A DNA stretch of 63,447 nt, counting the filler, from Octopus bimaculoides (taxonomy: Eukaryota), in the NCBI RefSeq assembly GCF_001194135.2. It is 7 parts of 7 records of this genome, joined end to end, with 100 filler letters (N's around TTAATTAATTAA, not from the genome) between each part and the next. Parts side by side here need not be neighbours in the genome. Positions count along the whole stretch, not along the records: positions 7,628 to 14,637 come from NC_068994.1; positions 14,738 to 22,848 come from NC_068996.1; positions 22,949 to 39,012 come from NC_069002.1; 4 more parts are not named here. One strand, 5' to 3'. Under the pieces are notes generated by a model. That model searched no databases and was not told the origin of the DNA. It worked only from the letters and a program-made list of their open reading frames with translations. The position numbers were made by a program, and so were the translations under genes. Positions 10,494 through 24,893 of this stretch are shown one piece after another; the stretch's first letter is position 1, and each line of letters begins with the position of its first letter.

Positions 10494-10740
10494 GGTTTAA
10501 GATTTTGGCACACGTCAGGCAAATTTCGTGAAGGTTGTAAGCCGATAAATCGACTTCAGATTTCAACTGGTACTTCCTTTTATCGACTCCTAGAGGATGA
10601 AAGACAAAGTCGACCTCGACGGAATTTATCTTGGAACCTAAAGACGGACGAAAATCACTTGCAGTAATGGCGGTTTTAAAATTTTGGCCGAGTAACAAAA
10701 TTTGAACTCAGTACGTAAGGACGGATGATTCACTTGCAGG
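10494..10740 (-). mobile_element. SINE family A plus a tandem partial second copy
   Basis: GGTTTAAGATTTTGGCAC..CAACTGGTACTT..AAAGTCGACCTCGACGGAATTT; the segment GACGGA.GA..TCACTTGCAG is repeated. Confidence 0.8.
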
Positions 10741-11520
10741 AATACTAAAATTAATTATTCAGCCTAAAGTAGTCTTTTACCTGTAAATGTAAATGTTCTC
10801 ATCTTGATGCAAATCTTAAATTTTTTATGTTACAATGTAACTTTTTACAAGCGTCTGCCAAACTTTTTTCCTTCATTTTGTTAGTTTAATTTTCATTTTT
10901 GTTGCTTCAATTCTATAAAACACATTGAATTATTCCAAGGTAATATATTTTTCCAACTTAATCAGTTATTATGTAATTCATTTAACTTAATCATTAACAT
11001 TTTCGTGTATCTTTATGGATATTTGCTCTTTCCCGTAATACATAATTACAAAATAGGATTAACGTGTTTTGTTATTTTTTATGTCGGAAAGATATTTTTC
11101 TTCGGTTTTTGTCTAGACTGCCATAGTCTCCGAATGTTATCATTTAATGCAATAATATTGATATAGTAGAAATTATTTTTCGTAGTCTGTTAATAAAATT
11201 CATTCACGATTGATAACCGATTTTGATGGCTTCCTTTTATATAATTCACGTTCACTTAATTCACGATTTATTTCTCTCCTTCAAATCAATGTTGTCTTCT
11301 ACTCTTTCTCTTTGTGTCTCTTTCTTCTTCGATCACTTCATTTTTCCCTCGTTCATTTATTCATTCTTTTTCTTTCCCTCTTTGTGTGAGCAAGTTTCTG
11401 CGTGAGTGCAGGTGCGGTGAGCGCACGTATGCACGTATGCATATCATATTCATATTCATATACGCATGCATAAATCACGAGTATTATGTAGATATCTGTA
11501 CATAGTGTGAAATTATATTC

Positions 11521-11558
<38 letters not shown>

Positions 11559-11782
11559 GTTATTGATATCCGGAAGATCCAAGGTGGAAAGTAAGGTTTA
11601 TGTAGATGCTATGGAAGGAACGTCTTATTCGGATCTTGTATGAGCATGTACATGTTAAATAAAATGAGACAACATTCAAACATATCACTCCTCCCCGACT
11701 CCTCACACATATTCATTCCTTACACTCTATTTTTCTTCCTATCCCTCCCTATTCCTCTCCCATCCCCCTTATAATATCTTAA

Positions 11783-11823
<41 letters not shown>

Positions 11824-11994
11824 TGTGTGTGTGTTTGTGTTTGTGTTTGTGTCATTTATATATGTATATACATATCTACGTACAGCTCATAAATATTTAG
11901 GCATATAAATATTTGGGGGACCATATATATGTGTGTCTGTGTGATTGAGTGAGAGAGAGAGAGAGACAGAGAGAGAGAGAGAGAAAGAGAGAGT

Positions 11995-12075
11995 ACATAT
12001 TTCATCGACTTGGAGAGGATAAAAGGCAAAGTCAGCTTCGGTGGCATTTGAATTCTGAACGTAAAGACGGGCGAA
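11995..12075 (-). mobile_element. SINE family A fragment
   Basis: TTTCATCGAC..GGATAAAAGGCAAAGTC..CGGTGGCATTTGAA..GAACGTAAAGACGG. Confidence 0.65.
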
Positions 12076-13991
12076 TATAAAAGAAATTACATTAAACAGA
12101 AGAATTACACTCTGTAGTATAATTTTCGTAGGATACCCTGAAGAATACTTTTTGTAGAGTACGTATTTATTTGACTTTAACATGGAAACCATAAATGAGA
12201 TTTTTGCCGAAGCGAGCAAAACTATAAGCGCATATCATAGATACATCAGCAATTATATCACTAACTCTTATAAAAAAAAAAATAAATACATGGAAAAGAC
12301 CAGACGACATTAATTTACATGCTGTAGATATGAGAGAGAAATGTAAAGAACTACGAGCCAAATCACTAAAATCTAAACATTCACTCTTGTCATTTATCAA
12401 TTATAAACGTAATTTCCACATAGACTAAAAGTGATGAACCATAAAATTATTGGACAAGGGGTTCACTTGAGTATTTAACTGGTGTCAATAACAGCTATAA
12501 TGTCATGTTTAAAGAATATCGTTCGTGGTTTCGTGTTGTCACGAGGGGATATCGCTCAATTGTATCAATAAATCTTTTTCTCTTTACGTTGCCAAGATAC
12601 AAGATTGCCCAGCTTTATTAATCTCTTTCTTCTTAGTCTATCTTTCTTCTATTGGCAATAACTTAAAAACCAACTTGTTTCTGGTTTGTTGGTTTGTTCT
12701 GTCAGTATATTAGATGGATGAATAAGAAAGTACCTAAGAAAAGTATGTAGCGAAAACAATTGTTATTCGATAAAAAAAATCTTGCACATATATTCAGTAG
12801 GTTCTTCTATGCGTTTAGTTTTGATGGCTGCTCCAATGCGGCAACAGAATCGTTAGGATGCCTTCACTAAATTCATGTTGCATATCAACTAATTCATGTC
12901 GCATATCAACTAAACAATGGTAGTTTTCAATAAAACCATAATGTAGTGAGTTTGTCGATTGTCAAGTATTCTCTGGCTACCCCAGACTAAGAGAAAATTT
13001 TCCATTGCTGTTTTACTACACCGATAATAGCCATGGTCATTAAAATGGTTTCAAACATCCAGTAACTTATATATCGCTTGGCAGGGGAATGCATATGTTT
13101 TTTTCTAGCTCTAGGCACAATCTTCATAAAACGGTTAATGTAAAATAAATAAAATAAAATAAAAGATGTTATGAGCGAATGATGTGGATATTTTTTAGTG
13201 AAAAGTGTATATAAAGGTTTTATTGATGTTTCATAAGGTGTTAAACTTATATATTTCTCGGGAAAATCTAAGAAATAAATTTTCGAAATGAACAACAAAG
13301 ATTGCATACATAGACGAAGACTTTCCTGAACCTTCTACGATACGAACGAAAATATAATCCTATTATTCATTCTATATGCATCTGCCCGCAAGAAAAACAA
13401 ATATCTTATATAAAACTAAACATACATGTTCATCGTCTCTCTTAAGCTTTACGACCCCTTACAAAAGCCTAATCAAATCAGCATACATAAAACCTAACCA
13501 GCAAAGACAAATAATCAATTGAAGTCCAGGTAAAAATTGATTATGCAATATATTGGCATGCATAACCCATAAAGAATGCTGGTAGTTCATTAGCACAACC
13601 TTTATGCAGACTCGATGTGGAAGTCAAATTAACTAAAACGTAAATTTCACATTGTAAATAGACATATTGGGAAAACTTTCTGGCTACCGTACGGGCAAAT
13701 ATGATAACAGTTTTATTGGAAATATTTTCAATGGGGAAAAGAAAAGAATGTGGTTAATTTTGACCACCACCACTACTACTAACAATCCCTCACCGCCACC
13801 ATATGTATGTGTGCGTATACGTGTGTGTATGAGAGATTATATAATTCTGTTTAAAACATATATGGTCCAAATACAAACTTTTTATCTATGATACCTGCTA
13901 TAATTTTCTTTTATATAATTTTTTTCTGATGAGGGAATTTTTCACAGATATCTTGTTCCAATTTGAGGTATATCACTTGACGTATATATAT

Positions 13992-14022
<31 letters not shown>

Positions 14023-14602
14023 TCGAATATTCTCTCACAGGGTATGTGTCTATTTCATGCTATGAGGGGTAATTCGATATTTAGGAACAGTATAACGTCT
14101 CATCATATTGATTGTGTTTTCAGTTCAAATTCGATGAGGAACTGTATGAAGTGTCCATTTTACGCTCTCTGACGTTAAAGAACATAAAGATTGTGCAACC
14201 CCTTACAGGCAAATTTGATAAACTGCACAATTCAGTTGATTAAACAAGTCAAAACTATAAAGAGAAATTAGCGGAGATCCGTCGATGTATATAATAAAAA
14301 TCAAAAACATACATATATATGTATATATGATTCCATACAAAGGAAAATATTGCTCAGTACATTAATCGATACGTCAAGTGATATACATGGATATATATAT
14401 ATATCTGTCTGCGTCTCTGTATTTCTCTCCTCCCCATCTCCCTCTCTAGGTATCTATCCCTATTTTGCTATCTATCTATTATACTGTTATCAAACGTATG
14501 TTTATCCTTCTATCGATAGGCGTCTATTTACAAGTAAATCATGCATATACGCATATTCTCGTATATACGCATATATCCGTGCACACAAACATATACATAA
14601 GA

Positions 14603-14637
<35 letters not shown>

Positions 14638-14737
14638 NNNNNNNNNNNNNNNNNNNNNNNNNNNNNNNNNNNNNNNNNNNNTTAATTAATTAANNNNNNN
14701 NNNNNNNNNNNNNNNNNNNNNNNNNNNNNNNNNNNNN

Positions 14738-14857
14738 GAAGAAGAAGAAGAAGAAGAAGAAGAAGAAGAAGAAGAAGAAGAAGAAGAAGAAGAAGAAGAA
14801 GAAGAAGAAGAAGAAGAAGAAGAAGAAGAAGAAGAAGAAGAAGAAGAAGAAGAAGAA
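14738..14857. repeat. Perfect (GAA)~40 tract, open-ended at a gap
   Basis: Read directly from sequence. Confidence 0.95.
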
Positions 14858-15479
14858 ATTTGCATTTGTATTGTATATTAAAGGAAACATTTATTAAAGT
14901 AAACGTAAACATAATTTATTTTTGCATAATAAAATTCGTACTATATGAAGACGTTTGCAAAGTGACCGTAAACCTATGGAAGTCACGTTGTTAAGTAAAT
15001 ATATAGTTACATCTCATAAATTCTGACTTCATGGTTTTATATATTCTTCATGAAATAACTTCATCGACCCTATCTTCCGGATTTTCAGTCACATTCTCAC
15101 TCTATATTACACTATTTTGTAGCTAATTACAACGTGGACAAATAACTAAGTCAGTTACAGGAGCTTTCTGTGATAGTTACGCGATTCTCTGAACGCGCGT
15201 GTGGAGGGTGTGCGGATATGTGTGGATGTGTGGATATGAATGCATGTGCGCGCGTGCTCGTTTAAGAACAATCCCACACATCACACATTTGTATAGGTAC
15301 GATAATTTGTGTGTACATTATTGGGCCAAAAATGCCTAACTACCTACCCCCTCTCTCTCCCTCTCTCACTCTCTCTCTTTCTCTCTCTCTCTCTCACTCT
15401 CTCACATCGTCCTTCACAGTATCTTTCACTTTCTCTCATTATGTTTATATTTATATACACCTGTGAGTATATATAATTT

Positions 15480-15672
15480 TTTTATCTTTTATTCTTTAAC
15501 TTGCTTCAGTCATTTGACTGTGGCCATGCTGGAGCACCTCCTTAAAGATTGTTTTAGTCGAAGAAATCGACCTGGGGACTTATTCTTTGTAAGCCTAATA
15601 CTTAGTCTATGGATCTATTTTGCCGAACCGCTACGTTGTCAGACGTGGTGAGGGGACAGACACAGACACAAA

Positions 15673-15719
<47 letters not shown>

Positions 15720-15903
15720 ATAAACACATACACACACATATATACGATGAACTTTTTCAGCTTCCGTCTACCAGGTCCACTCACAAGGCCTTGGTTGGTC
15801 CGAGGCTGTAGCAGAAGATTTGCCCAGCGTGCCATGCAGCGGGACTGAACCGGAACCATGTAGTCGGAATGCAAACTTTCTACCACACAGCCACGTCTGC
15901 GCC
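15480..15903 (-). mobile_element. SINE family B, near full length, with internal (AC)n
   Basis: Tail CAGTCATTTGACTGTGGCCATGCTGGAGCACC, body TTTGCCGAACCGCTA, core and tRNA-like head ..GGACTGAACC.GGAACCATGT..TACCACACAGCCAC..CTGCGCC. Confidence 0.85.
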
Positions 15904-16352
15904 NNNNNNNNNNNNNNNNNNNNNNNNNNNNNNNNNNNNNNNNNNNNNNNNNNNNNNNNNNNNNNNNNNNNNNNNNNNNNNNNNNNNNNNNNNNNNNNNN
16001 NNNNNNNNNNNNNNNNNNNNNNNNNNNNNNNNNNNNNNNNNNNNNNNNNNNNNNNNNNNNNNNNNNNNNNNNNNNNNNNNNNNNNNNNNNNNNNNNNNNN
16101 NNNNNNNNNNNNNNNNNNNNNNNNNNNNNNNNNNNNNNNNNNNNNNNNNNNNNNNNNNNNNNNNNNNNNNNNNNNNNNNNNNNNNNNNNNNNNNNNNNNN
16201 NNNNNNNNNNNNNNNNNNNNNNNNNNNNNNNNNNNNNNNNNNNNNNNNNNNNNNNNNNNNNNNNNNNNNNNNNNTATATATATATATATATATATACATA
16301 TATATACATACATAGATACATACACACATGCATACATGCATACATACATACA

Positions 16353-16388
<36 letters not shown>

Positions 16389-16979
16389 TATATATATGTA
16401 TATATATTTGTGTGTATGTGTAACATATATGTATATATGAAGAGATAGATAGATAGATAGACAGATAGACAGACAGGCAGGCAGGTAGACAGACAAGCAG
16501 ACAGACAGGCAGACAGACAGACAAACAGATAGGTTGATACATAGATAGATAGATTGATAGAAAGATAGATAGATAAGCAGAGAGACAGACAGACATATAT
16601 TTATACATACGCATATGCAGACAAAGTGAAAGTTTAAGGGAGAACAATGTATATGATCGCTTGTAGTTGAAGATGTTCTTTTCAGAGGTTCCAGAGTGAG
16701 ACCATGGTATATTACTTTGTTTTAACGGTCACATAAGGATGGTCTACTTTTGTGATCTATTTCATGAGATTATAGAAAAGCAGTTTAAAAATAATTTTCT
16801 TTTGAATCATTCGCACTACAGTAGAAATATATTTGCCTTTCAAATGTTACTTGGCGGATCATTAGTGATTCGTTAGAAGCTATATATTTTTATAAGGTTG
16901 CAATGTTTTGATATTGTTGTGAACGTACAGTAACTTACAGAATGAAATATTGAGATATCAGAATATTTACACACACACA

Positions 16980-17017
<38 letters not shown>

Positions 17018-17247
17018 GACACACACGTACACACACACACACACATACAAACACACAAACACACACGCACACACACACACAAAATACATACACATATACA
17101 AACACACACACAAACTCAGACACCCAGATGATTGTTTGTTTTTTCTATATATGTATCTCTCTTGCAACGATCTTTTAATCTACATCTCTTACTTTCCCTC
17201 ATTGTGTATTATATTTGCATATTCAATTACATACACACACACATGCA

Positions 17248-17308
<61 letters not shown>

Positions 17309-18005
17309 TACATCATGATGTAGAAACAGATGTAGAAGTACTGTCTTAAAAGTAATGGATACAGAAAAGGAGATCAGACAGATAAATTCCTATTTTAGGA
17401 GTTTAGCGTCAACTGGATATTCTCTTTTATTGGGTTTATAGGTATAAATTTATTATGTAGGACACCTATTTTATCGCACAGCTCATTTATCAAGCTAGCT
17501 GGCAACAATGCGTAATATATGCAAATTTGTATCTACACTTTATATAAACCCAGAGTAATAGGATCGTCGAGAAAAATAAGAAGGATATTCAGCCTTTGAC
17601 GAAACCGCTACACAGTTTGAAAGTTGTGCAGCTGATTCTCTTTGTTCCTCATCTTTACTTCGTTCAAAATTATATAGCGCATAAAGATAACGTGCGTATA
17701 TTTGTCTATACCTACAGCGTTACTTAAAAGTGAGTAAGATTTTTCGTGTTGTAAAGTGTAGCATTGGAACAAAACACTATATAGTTATACAAATAGGGTT
17801 GTAATTATTATATGCATTTATATAATTATGAACATATTCTAAGCGAGATACATAATTATAGAAAATCTGTAATATATAATTATAGGCATCTATGCATTAT
17901 TCTGTCTGACTGTATGTGTGTGTGTGTATATATATATATAAATATATNNNNNNNNNNNNNNNNNNNNNNNNNNNNNNNNNNNNNNNNNNNNNNNNNNNNN
18001 NNNNN

Positions 18006-18047
<42 letters not shown>

Positions 18048-19650
18048 AGGAGGATGAGAGAGAGGGAGAAAGAGTGGTTGAGAGGGCAAGCGGGTAGAAA
18101 GACTGACGTATCAATATTTATGGATTGCAGTTTCTTTGCTTGTATGCATTTTCTTATATACTTCTGCGTGTTTGTAAAGTTTTGAATGTATGTATGTATG
18201 TGTATCATATATTATATATAAGTATGTGTGTGCACGCGCGCGCGCGCGGTTGTGTGCTTCCTCGAAAATTTACGATTTACCATGACAACCGGAGCATGTG
18301 CGCGCAAATTCATCTGCGATCATGAATATGTAGATATAGTCACCTATATTACGTATTTAAATGCTTTCTCTTGAATATTGTTCTTCTTTATATGCCCTTC
18401 CATTATCTCTCAAATTATATGTGACTTTCTCTGTCTCTCATTATCTAACTCTCTTTCTGTAAAACTCTTTCATTCTCTCTCCCCTCCCCCTCTCTCTCTC
18501 TCTATCAATCTATCTATCTATCTCACTCACAGCGTCTTGTGCTATTCATCGCTCCTTTTCTTCATTTATTTATTTAAATACTTTCTTAGAATTTTCTTCT
18601 CTTCCTTTCAGTGTTTCTCATCTTCTTCTCTCCTTCCTCCTCTTTCTTCTTCTATTCTCTCTTGCTAGCTATTGTAATTGCTTTGCTTTTGCATCAGTCT
18701 CTTCTTTCAACTTTCTCTCTTTTATTTATTCTCTTTCACCCCTTCTCTTTCTGTCATTCTGTCTTTCTCTTCTTATCGTTCAATTTGTTTCTTTTCATTT
18801 CTTCCAATTTCATTCTCTTTTTTTTTTTCCTGATTCCTATAGCAACTAACATTTGCGAGAATTCTATTTTGTTATACTCTCTGCCCACCTCCCCATCCCA
18901 ATCTCTCTGGAATCAGAATATTCATCACAGCATAAACAATCCTCCTCTAATATACAATGTTTGATTTACCAAATGTTTCTGCTACAATGATTTTATTATT
19001 CAACCACCACAAAACTTTCCTTAATCAAATTTGACCTGTGCCTCCAATGATGGTTTCACATGAATAATTTTACTCGTATATAATATACCGTTTGTTTTTC
19101 TTTCCCTCCCACAATCATTTCATCTGTATTTATATATTTCATATTTTATGTATATGTATGTGCGTGTGCACACGTATGTTTTTGTGTGTGCGTGTTTGTG
19201 AATTTCTATGTGTGTGTGTGAGTTTATGTGTATGTTTGTGCGTGTATGTGTTTCAGAAATGGGAAATATATAATTTGCATGTTTTTTTGTTTGTTTTTTT
19301 ATCTTTGCATTCGACTGAGATTTTTCTCTCTTTTTTATCTACGCGAGGCTCCTCACTCGAGATAAGTCAACTCTATACTAGAAAGATCTTAAAATATTTA
19401 ATATTTTTCAAATTTTCTTTTATATTTCATAATTTTGTCACGGGATTTGTTTCCTTTGTGTTTTCTTTTGTTTTTAATAGTTTTTTTTTTTCTCGTTTAT
19501 TGTGTGCATATTTCACCCCTCCGCGACCATTCTCTAGTAAATACATACAACAACGCTCGTGCTCATAGAAACGCTTGTACCCACCACACAAATCACAAAT
19601 GTTTATGCGTATGCATACCTATATGTACATGCGTGCATACGTTTTTGCAA

Positions 19651-19728
<78 letters not shown>

Positions 19729-20329
19729 ATATACACACACACGTATTTGTGAATGAGTATATATATAAATTTTATAGACTATTGTTTAGTGAATGAAACT
19801 TTTGAAAATAACTTCTACACTGATCTGTTCAAGGGACATATATGAAAATTATGCTTTGAATGATGTTTAATATACTAAGTAGTAATATCATATATATTGA
19901 TTCGTACAAATATTAGTCTTACATAGAGCAACACATAAATAGAGATATTTGTGCAGCGGTCAAAATGTTCATCTGTGTATTATTGTTTCTCTTTTATTTT
20001 CAACTCTTTTTTTTTGNNNNNNNNNNTTTTTTTTTGGGGGGGGGGTTACTTGTTTTGGCAGACCCTAATAAAACTCACACACAAACATATATACAAATAC
20101 GTATGTATTTTGTTGCAACACAGACATTGAATACTTCAGTTTGAACAACTGTATGATTATTTGGTATAACAATCACGTACTCACCTTCTCATTCTTTAAC
20201 CCCTCACCTGTTTTCTGATTATCATGGCAAGTAGCAGAATAAAATATAAAAACGTGGGTCTCTTAGAGCCAGCTCTTAGGCACTTCCTCTAAAACACGAA
20301 GGCGCGAAAGCCATTTGATGAGCATGGAT

Positions 20330-20870
20330 GGCTGAGGCGCAGCGTGATATTAAAGTCACATTTCGGTCTTTGATGGATGAACAAAATGCTACTCAATTTT
20401 AAATGCATGTCCGATTGGACAATCCATACCGATCTACCTACGGCATGTGGTGTATAGTCGAATTGGTAGGTTGGAGGGGTCCTGATTAGTTTGGATCAAA
20501 TTAAAAATTTCGATACGCGTTGCCCATTTCTACTTGTTGCTAATGTTCAGGGCAGCTGGTTTCGGTCCGTCCCCAGGGCTTGAATTACTTCTATGTAAAG
20601 TGGAATAAATTCAGGGGTCACAAAGTGGACACCGGCCGGGATCAGTTCTTCAGGAAGTTTCTCTCTTCTGTTGTGTATGTACTGACTTTCGACCCATTAC
20701 TAAGAAAATTTAGATTATTGATGAGTGCTCCGCTCCAACTAGGACTAGGAAGAGTAGTGTTGGCGTATGTGCATGATATTAATTTAGTAATGTCAAATAC
20801 TACAGAAATCAAGTATGTTGTACGTAAATGTCCGTATATTTTTGCAGCAAAATGTGCCTGCTAAAAGCTA
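20330..20870 (+). mobile_element. L1/Tx1-clade reverse transcriptase remnant
   Basis: GVLISLDQIKNFD (LDQxKAFD motif) near 20465; ORF 20580-20864 has LSSVVYVLTFDPLLRKF and LAYVHDI (YADD motif decayed). Confidence 0.6.
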
Positions 20871-21699
20871 CCAAACCAAATTCAAGCACGCAATAGGCCT
20901 TTAATTTTACATTTCATTATCAAAGTTGTATTTCTTTAATTATCTATATCAGGAATTCCTCTCGTACTACACAATCATCGAAGTGCTGTTGTAGTCTTGA
21001 ATGAGCTTTAAAAAAATTCTTCTTGCAAGGATCCTTGGATCCCATCCTGTCCAGGAGATTTTTTGTTTGGAATTTCTTAACTTGCTTTTATTGTTTTTCT
21101 GTGCTATTCTTTGACATCTCTGTTTTGTTTCATAAGATAACTTATCCTCAACTTCCTCAACAAGATAACTTATCCTCAACTTCAATTCGCATCTTTCTTA
21201 AGCCCTTTTCCATCCATCATAAATTTAGTCACAGCTGTGTGAATTTTTCAGAATTCGGGGCATCTATTCTGACCTGAGTAATATCACCTTCCAATCTTCT
21301 CTTCCACAAGAATTATTTGCATTTCTCCTTTTCCGGTTGCTTAATACCTATTAGCTTACCAACCAGAAAACCTGCAGTGTTGATCTAATTTTCTAAGGCC
21401 GTTGGTTGGTGATAGCATCAGTTTCTATATATCACATGGCATGGTTTACTTTTGCTGTTTCACCTACAGTACGATTTGCTTCTATATTCCAAAGATTCAA
21501 CGGCGTCTTATTGAATGATGTCATTGTCATATGATTTGTTATTTTTGGAGTTGTTGCTATTGTTAATGTGCGTCTTCTTTTTGTTCGCTACCTACTGTAG
21601 CCTTGTGTGAGCGACAACCAGCAACCTAGAGCAGGCATTGTAGTGCCACTTTATTATTTAATACGAGTTCCGGTCCCGTAAGCTTTTCATTCTTGGCAC

Positions 21700-22500
21700 A
21701 AGTATTAACAGAGACTAGAGGAAAAACGTTTCCAGAACATATTACAAATAGTAAAACTTATATAGTGTGAGCTGTATTGGTTAGTGGTATTTTCTAGATT
21801 TGTAAACTAGATTCTCCGGGACTTTTCAGTGACGTCATTGTTTCCTTCATTACTCTTAGTCATCCGGTCACAACTAGCATTGGTCCTGTAATCAGTTGGC
21901 ACATATTACTTATTTCAATTTCTAGGCTTTTATAATTAGCGTATCTCTCATATCCCTTGGCGGGTACATTTTTTACCCAATAATATTTTTATATCTGACT
22001 AAACCCGTCTTATTTTTAGTGTCTTTAACAATAACATCTGGTGGTTGTCATGAATTATGCTATCAATATGTTATGTTCTAAAGAAGGCTTTCCAATGATC
22101 GAAATGACCAACTTTGTTGTGCCAAGCGTTATATTTTGAAGGAGTCAAAACGAAGCACCCGCATACAATACGGTCAGTTGTTTCGCCATGGGCATCAAAG
22201 ACTTTTCACTTAGATCCTGCTCCTTCTTGGGGGACTTAGTTGGGACTGGGCAATAAGAAAGAATTCCTCTGTTCCTGCCTTCAATCCTGAATTGCAGGGT
22301 CACTGAGGAGTTTTAGATTGGTCTACATCAGTTTCTTGCGTACGCTATGGTTGACTATGGTGAGTTTTTTTACTGCTAGCTGTCTTCCAAAATTATAGGT
22401 TTCTGCATTTCTATTTATCCAATTCATTTTCTTTCATGCCTTTTCTTGGAATTTAGTCAGCTTAGCTAGTGTTTTCCGTTTTTGTTATGTGTAACTCTGA
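21700..22500 (-). mobile_element. R4/Dong-like non-LTR retrotransposon, C-terminal (CCHC and RLE) remnant
   Basis: Broken minus-strand translation: DVDQSKT..SGLKAGTEEFFLIAQ, IVCG, HNKVG, PDVIVKDTKNKT, KSLEIEISNM. Confidence 0.6.
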
Positions 22501-22554
22501 TCTATATTTGTCAGCTTCTGTGAAGGATAGTCGACTACATCGAGCCTAGTTCAC

Positions 22555-22686
22555 GAATGGTACTTACTTTATCGACCCCGGAAAGATAAAATGTAATGTC
22601 GAGCGCGATGGAATTTGAATTCAAAACGTAAAACCAGAAGAAATGCCGCTAAGCATTTTATCTGTTTCTGCCAAGTCACTGCATTA
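22555..22686 (-). mobile_element. SINE family A
   Basis: TGGTACTTACTTTATCGACCCCGGAAAG..GGAATTTGAATTCAAAACGTA..GAAATGCCGCTAAGCATTT. Confidence 0.8.
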
Positions 22687-22687
22687 A

Positions 22688-22843
<156 letters not shown>

Positions 22844-22948
22844 TTCAANNNNNNNNNNNNNNNNNNNNNNNNNNNNNNNNNNNNNNNNNNNNTTAATTAA
22901 TTAANNNNNNNNNNNNNNNNNNNNNNNNNNNNNNNNNNNNNNNNNNNN

Positions 22949-22996
<48 letters not shown>

Positions 22997-23375
22997 GTAC
23001 ACACACGAGGAGTTTCTACAAAGTTCTCGTGCATCAAATTCGTTCGCAAGGAATTGATCAGTCCGGGCTATAATAGAAGAAACTAGTCCATGAGGCCGCT
23101 GTACATAATGCAACGTGGTTGCAATGCGTATGTACTACGAATTGGTGACATACTTTCTTTTCTGTCCCGTCTGTGTGTTTAGTATACGTTCGTTTGTTTC
23201 TTTACTACACGATTTTTAAAAACTATATATGTAGGTAGGTCATATTTTCCGTTTGTTGTCTTTTTATTTAATCCTGAAAAAAAAAAGAAATTCTACTATA
23301 GCCTATATGCATCGTCTTTCATCGGACAAATCTTGGTAACAGTGGCCCAGCCAGTACTAATTGACACTCTGTCAG

Positions 23376-23526
23376 CTTCTTCTTCTTCTTCTTCTTCTTC
23401 TTCTTCTTCTTCTTCTTCTTCTTCTTCTTCCTTTTCTTCTTCTTCCTTTTCTTCTTCTTCTTCTTCTTCTTCTTCTTCTTCTTCTTCTTCTTCTTCTTCT
23501 TCTTCTTCTTCTTCTTCTTCTTCTTC
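23376..23526. repeat. (TTC)~50 tract with a few interruptions
   Basis: Read directly from sequence. Confidence 0.95.
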
Positions 23527-23929
23527 CCTACAGACCCATCCCGAATACGTACTGTTAAGTTTTTTTTCCCCTTTTTATTTCCTCCCGGTAATTTCCAAAC
23601 AAGGTCAGATAGACGCACAATGTAATAGCATGACTTTGATGCNNNNNNNNNNNNNNNNNNNNNNNNNNNNNNNNNNNNNNNNNNNNNNNNNNNNNNNNNN
23701 NNNNNNNNNNNNNNNNNNNNNNNNNNNNNNNNNNNNNNNNNNNNNNNNNNNNNNNNNNNNNNNNNNNNNNNNNNNNNNNNNNNNNNNNNNNNNNNNNNNN
23801 NNNNNNNNNNNNNNNNNNNNNNNNNNNNNNNNNNNNNNNNNNNNNNNNNNNNNNNNNNNNNNNNNNNNNNNNNNNNNNNNNNNNNNNNNNNNNNNNNNNN
23901 NNNNNNNNNNNNNNNNNNNNNNNNNNNNN

Positions 23930-23997
<68 letters not shown>

Positions 23998-24493
23998 CGA
24001 GTACAAATTTCAACTGAAATATTTAAGATGTTTAATAGACAAATTACACTTACATCATTTGCCTGCAGGCAGACAAAAGAGTGCAAAATAATCTGACTCC
24101 AGTTTCCGACTTTATGTGGAATCAGATCTGTTTCTGTCCATTGACGAATATGTAAATAATACTCACATGTTTGATAATATCAATATATATTCACTCATTT
24201 AAGGAGTTTCAGTTAAATATGGAACTCTTCCGGTACAGGTATGTATTTAACCTATAACCTATTAAAAGGGTAAAGACCGACTTGGACCCGAATGTGAATT
24301 CGAGTAACCGACCTAGAGAGTCTTACGGATTGAGAATACGCACGCACACAAAACGGTAATAAATGTCAGCTTAACACAGACCAGTCTTAAGAGAAGTAAG
24401 ACCATGTCTGAAAGTATTATACATAAACGAACTAATGCAGGGTCAACGCGAAACGAATGGGTATGGTATGAAATGAAAGTAAGACATTATTGG

Positions 24494-24893
24494 TTTCAAA
24501 TTCTGGTGCAAGGCCATCGATTTCATGGGAGGGAAAGTCTATTACATCGACCCCAGTACTCTATTTTATCGACTCCGAAAAGATAAAAAGAAAAGTCGAC
24601 CTCGGCGAAATTTGAACTCAGAATGTGAGGAAAGACGCGATACGCTAAGCATGTTGTTCGGAGTGCTAACAATTCTGCCAGTTCGCTGCATCGGTTTAAG
24701 GAATCATTGATTTCAATTTTTGGCACAAAGTCAACAATTTCGGGATGGAGGGCTAAGTCGATTATATCGACCCTAAAAGGATGAAAAGCAAAGTCGACCT
24801 CGGCAGAATTTGAACTCAGAACGTGATGACAGACGAAATACCATTAAGCATTCTACTCAGCATGCGAACGATTCTGCGACGATTCCGCCTTAG
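24494..24893 (-). mobile_element. Two tandem SINE family A copies (24494-24690 and 24712-24893)
   Basis: Both carry TTTTGG..CAAGGCC/AAGTC, AAAAGTCGACCTCGGC.GAA.TTTGAACTCAGAA and the head. Confidence 0.85.

Noticed and set aside
13261-13640. Possible PLE GIY-YIG remnant (MQYIGM)
   Set aside because: Only a 4-residue match amid stops; not supportable.
14124-14243. Acceptor followed by FKFDEELYEVSIL, resembling a cadherin FxxxxYxVSI motif
   Set aside because: It ends in a stop after 39 codons with no good GT donor or other cadherin motifs, and the acceptor region resembles the SINE box-B (GAGTTCAAATTC).
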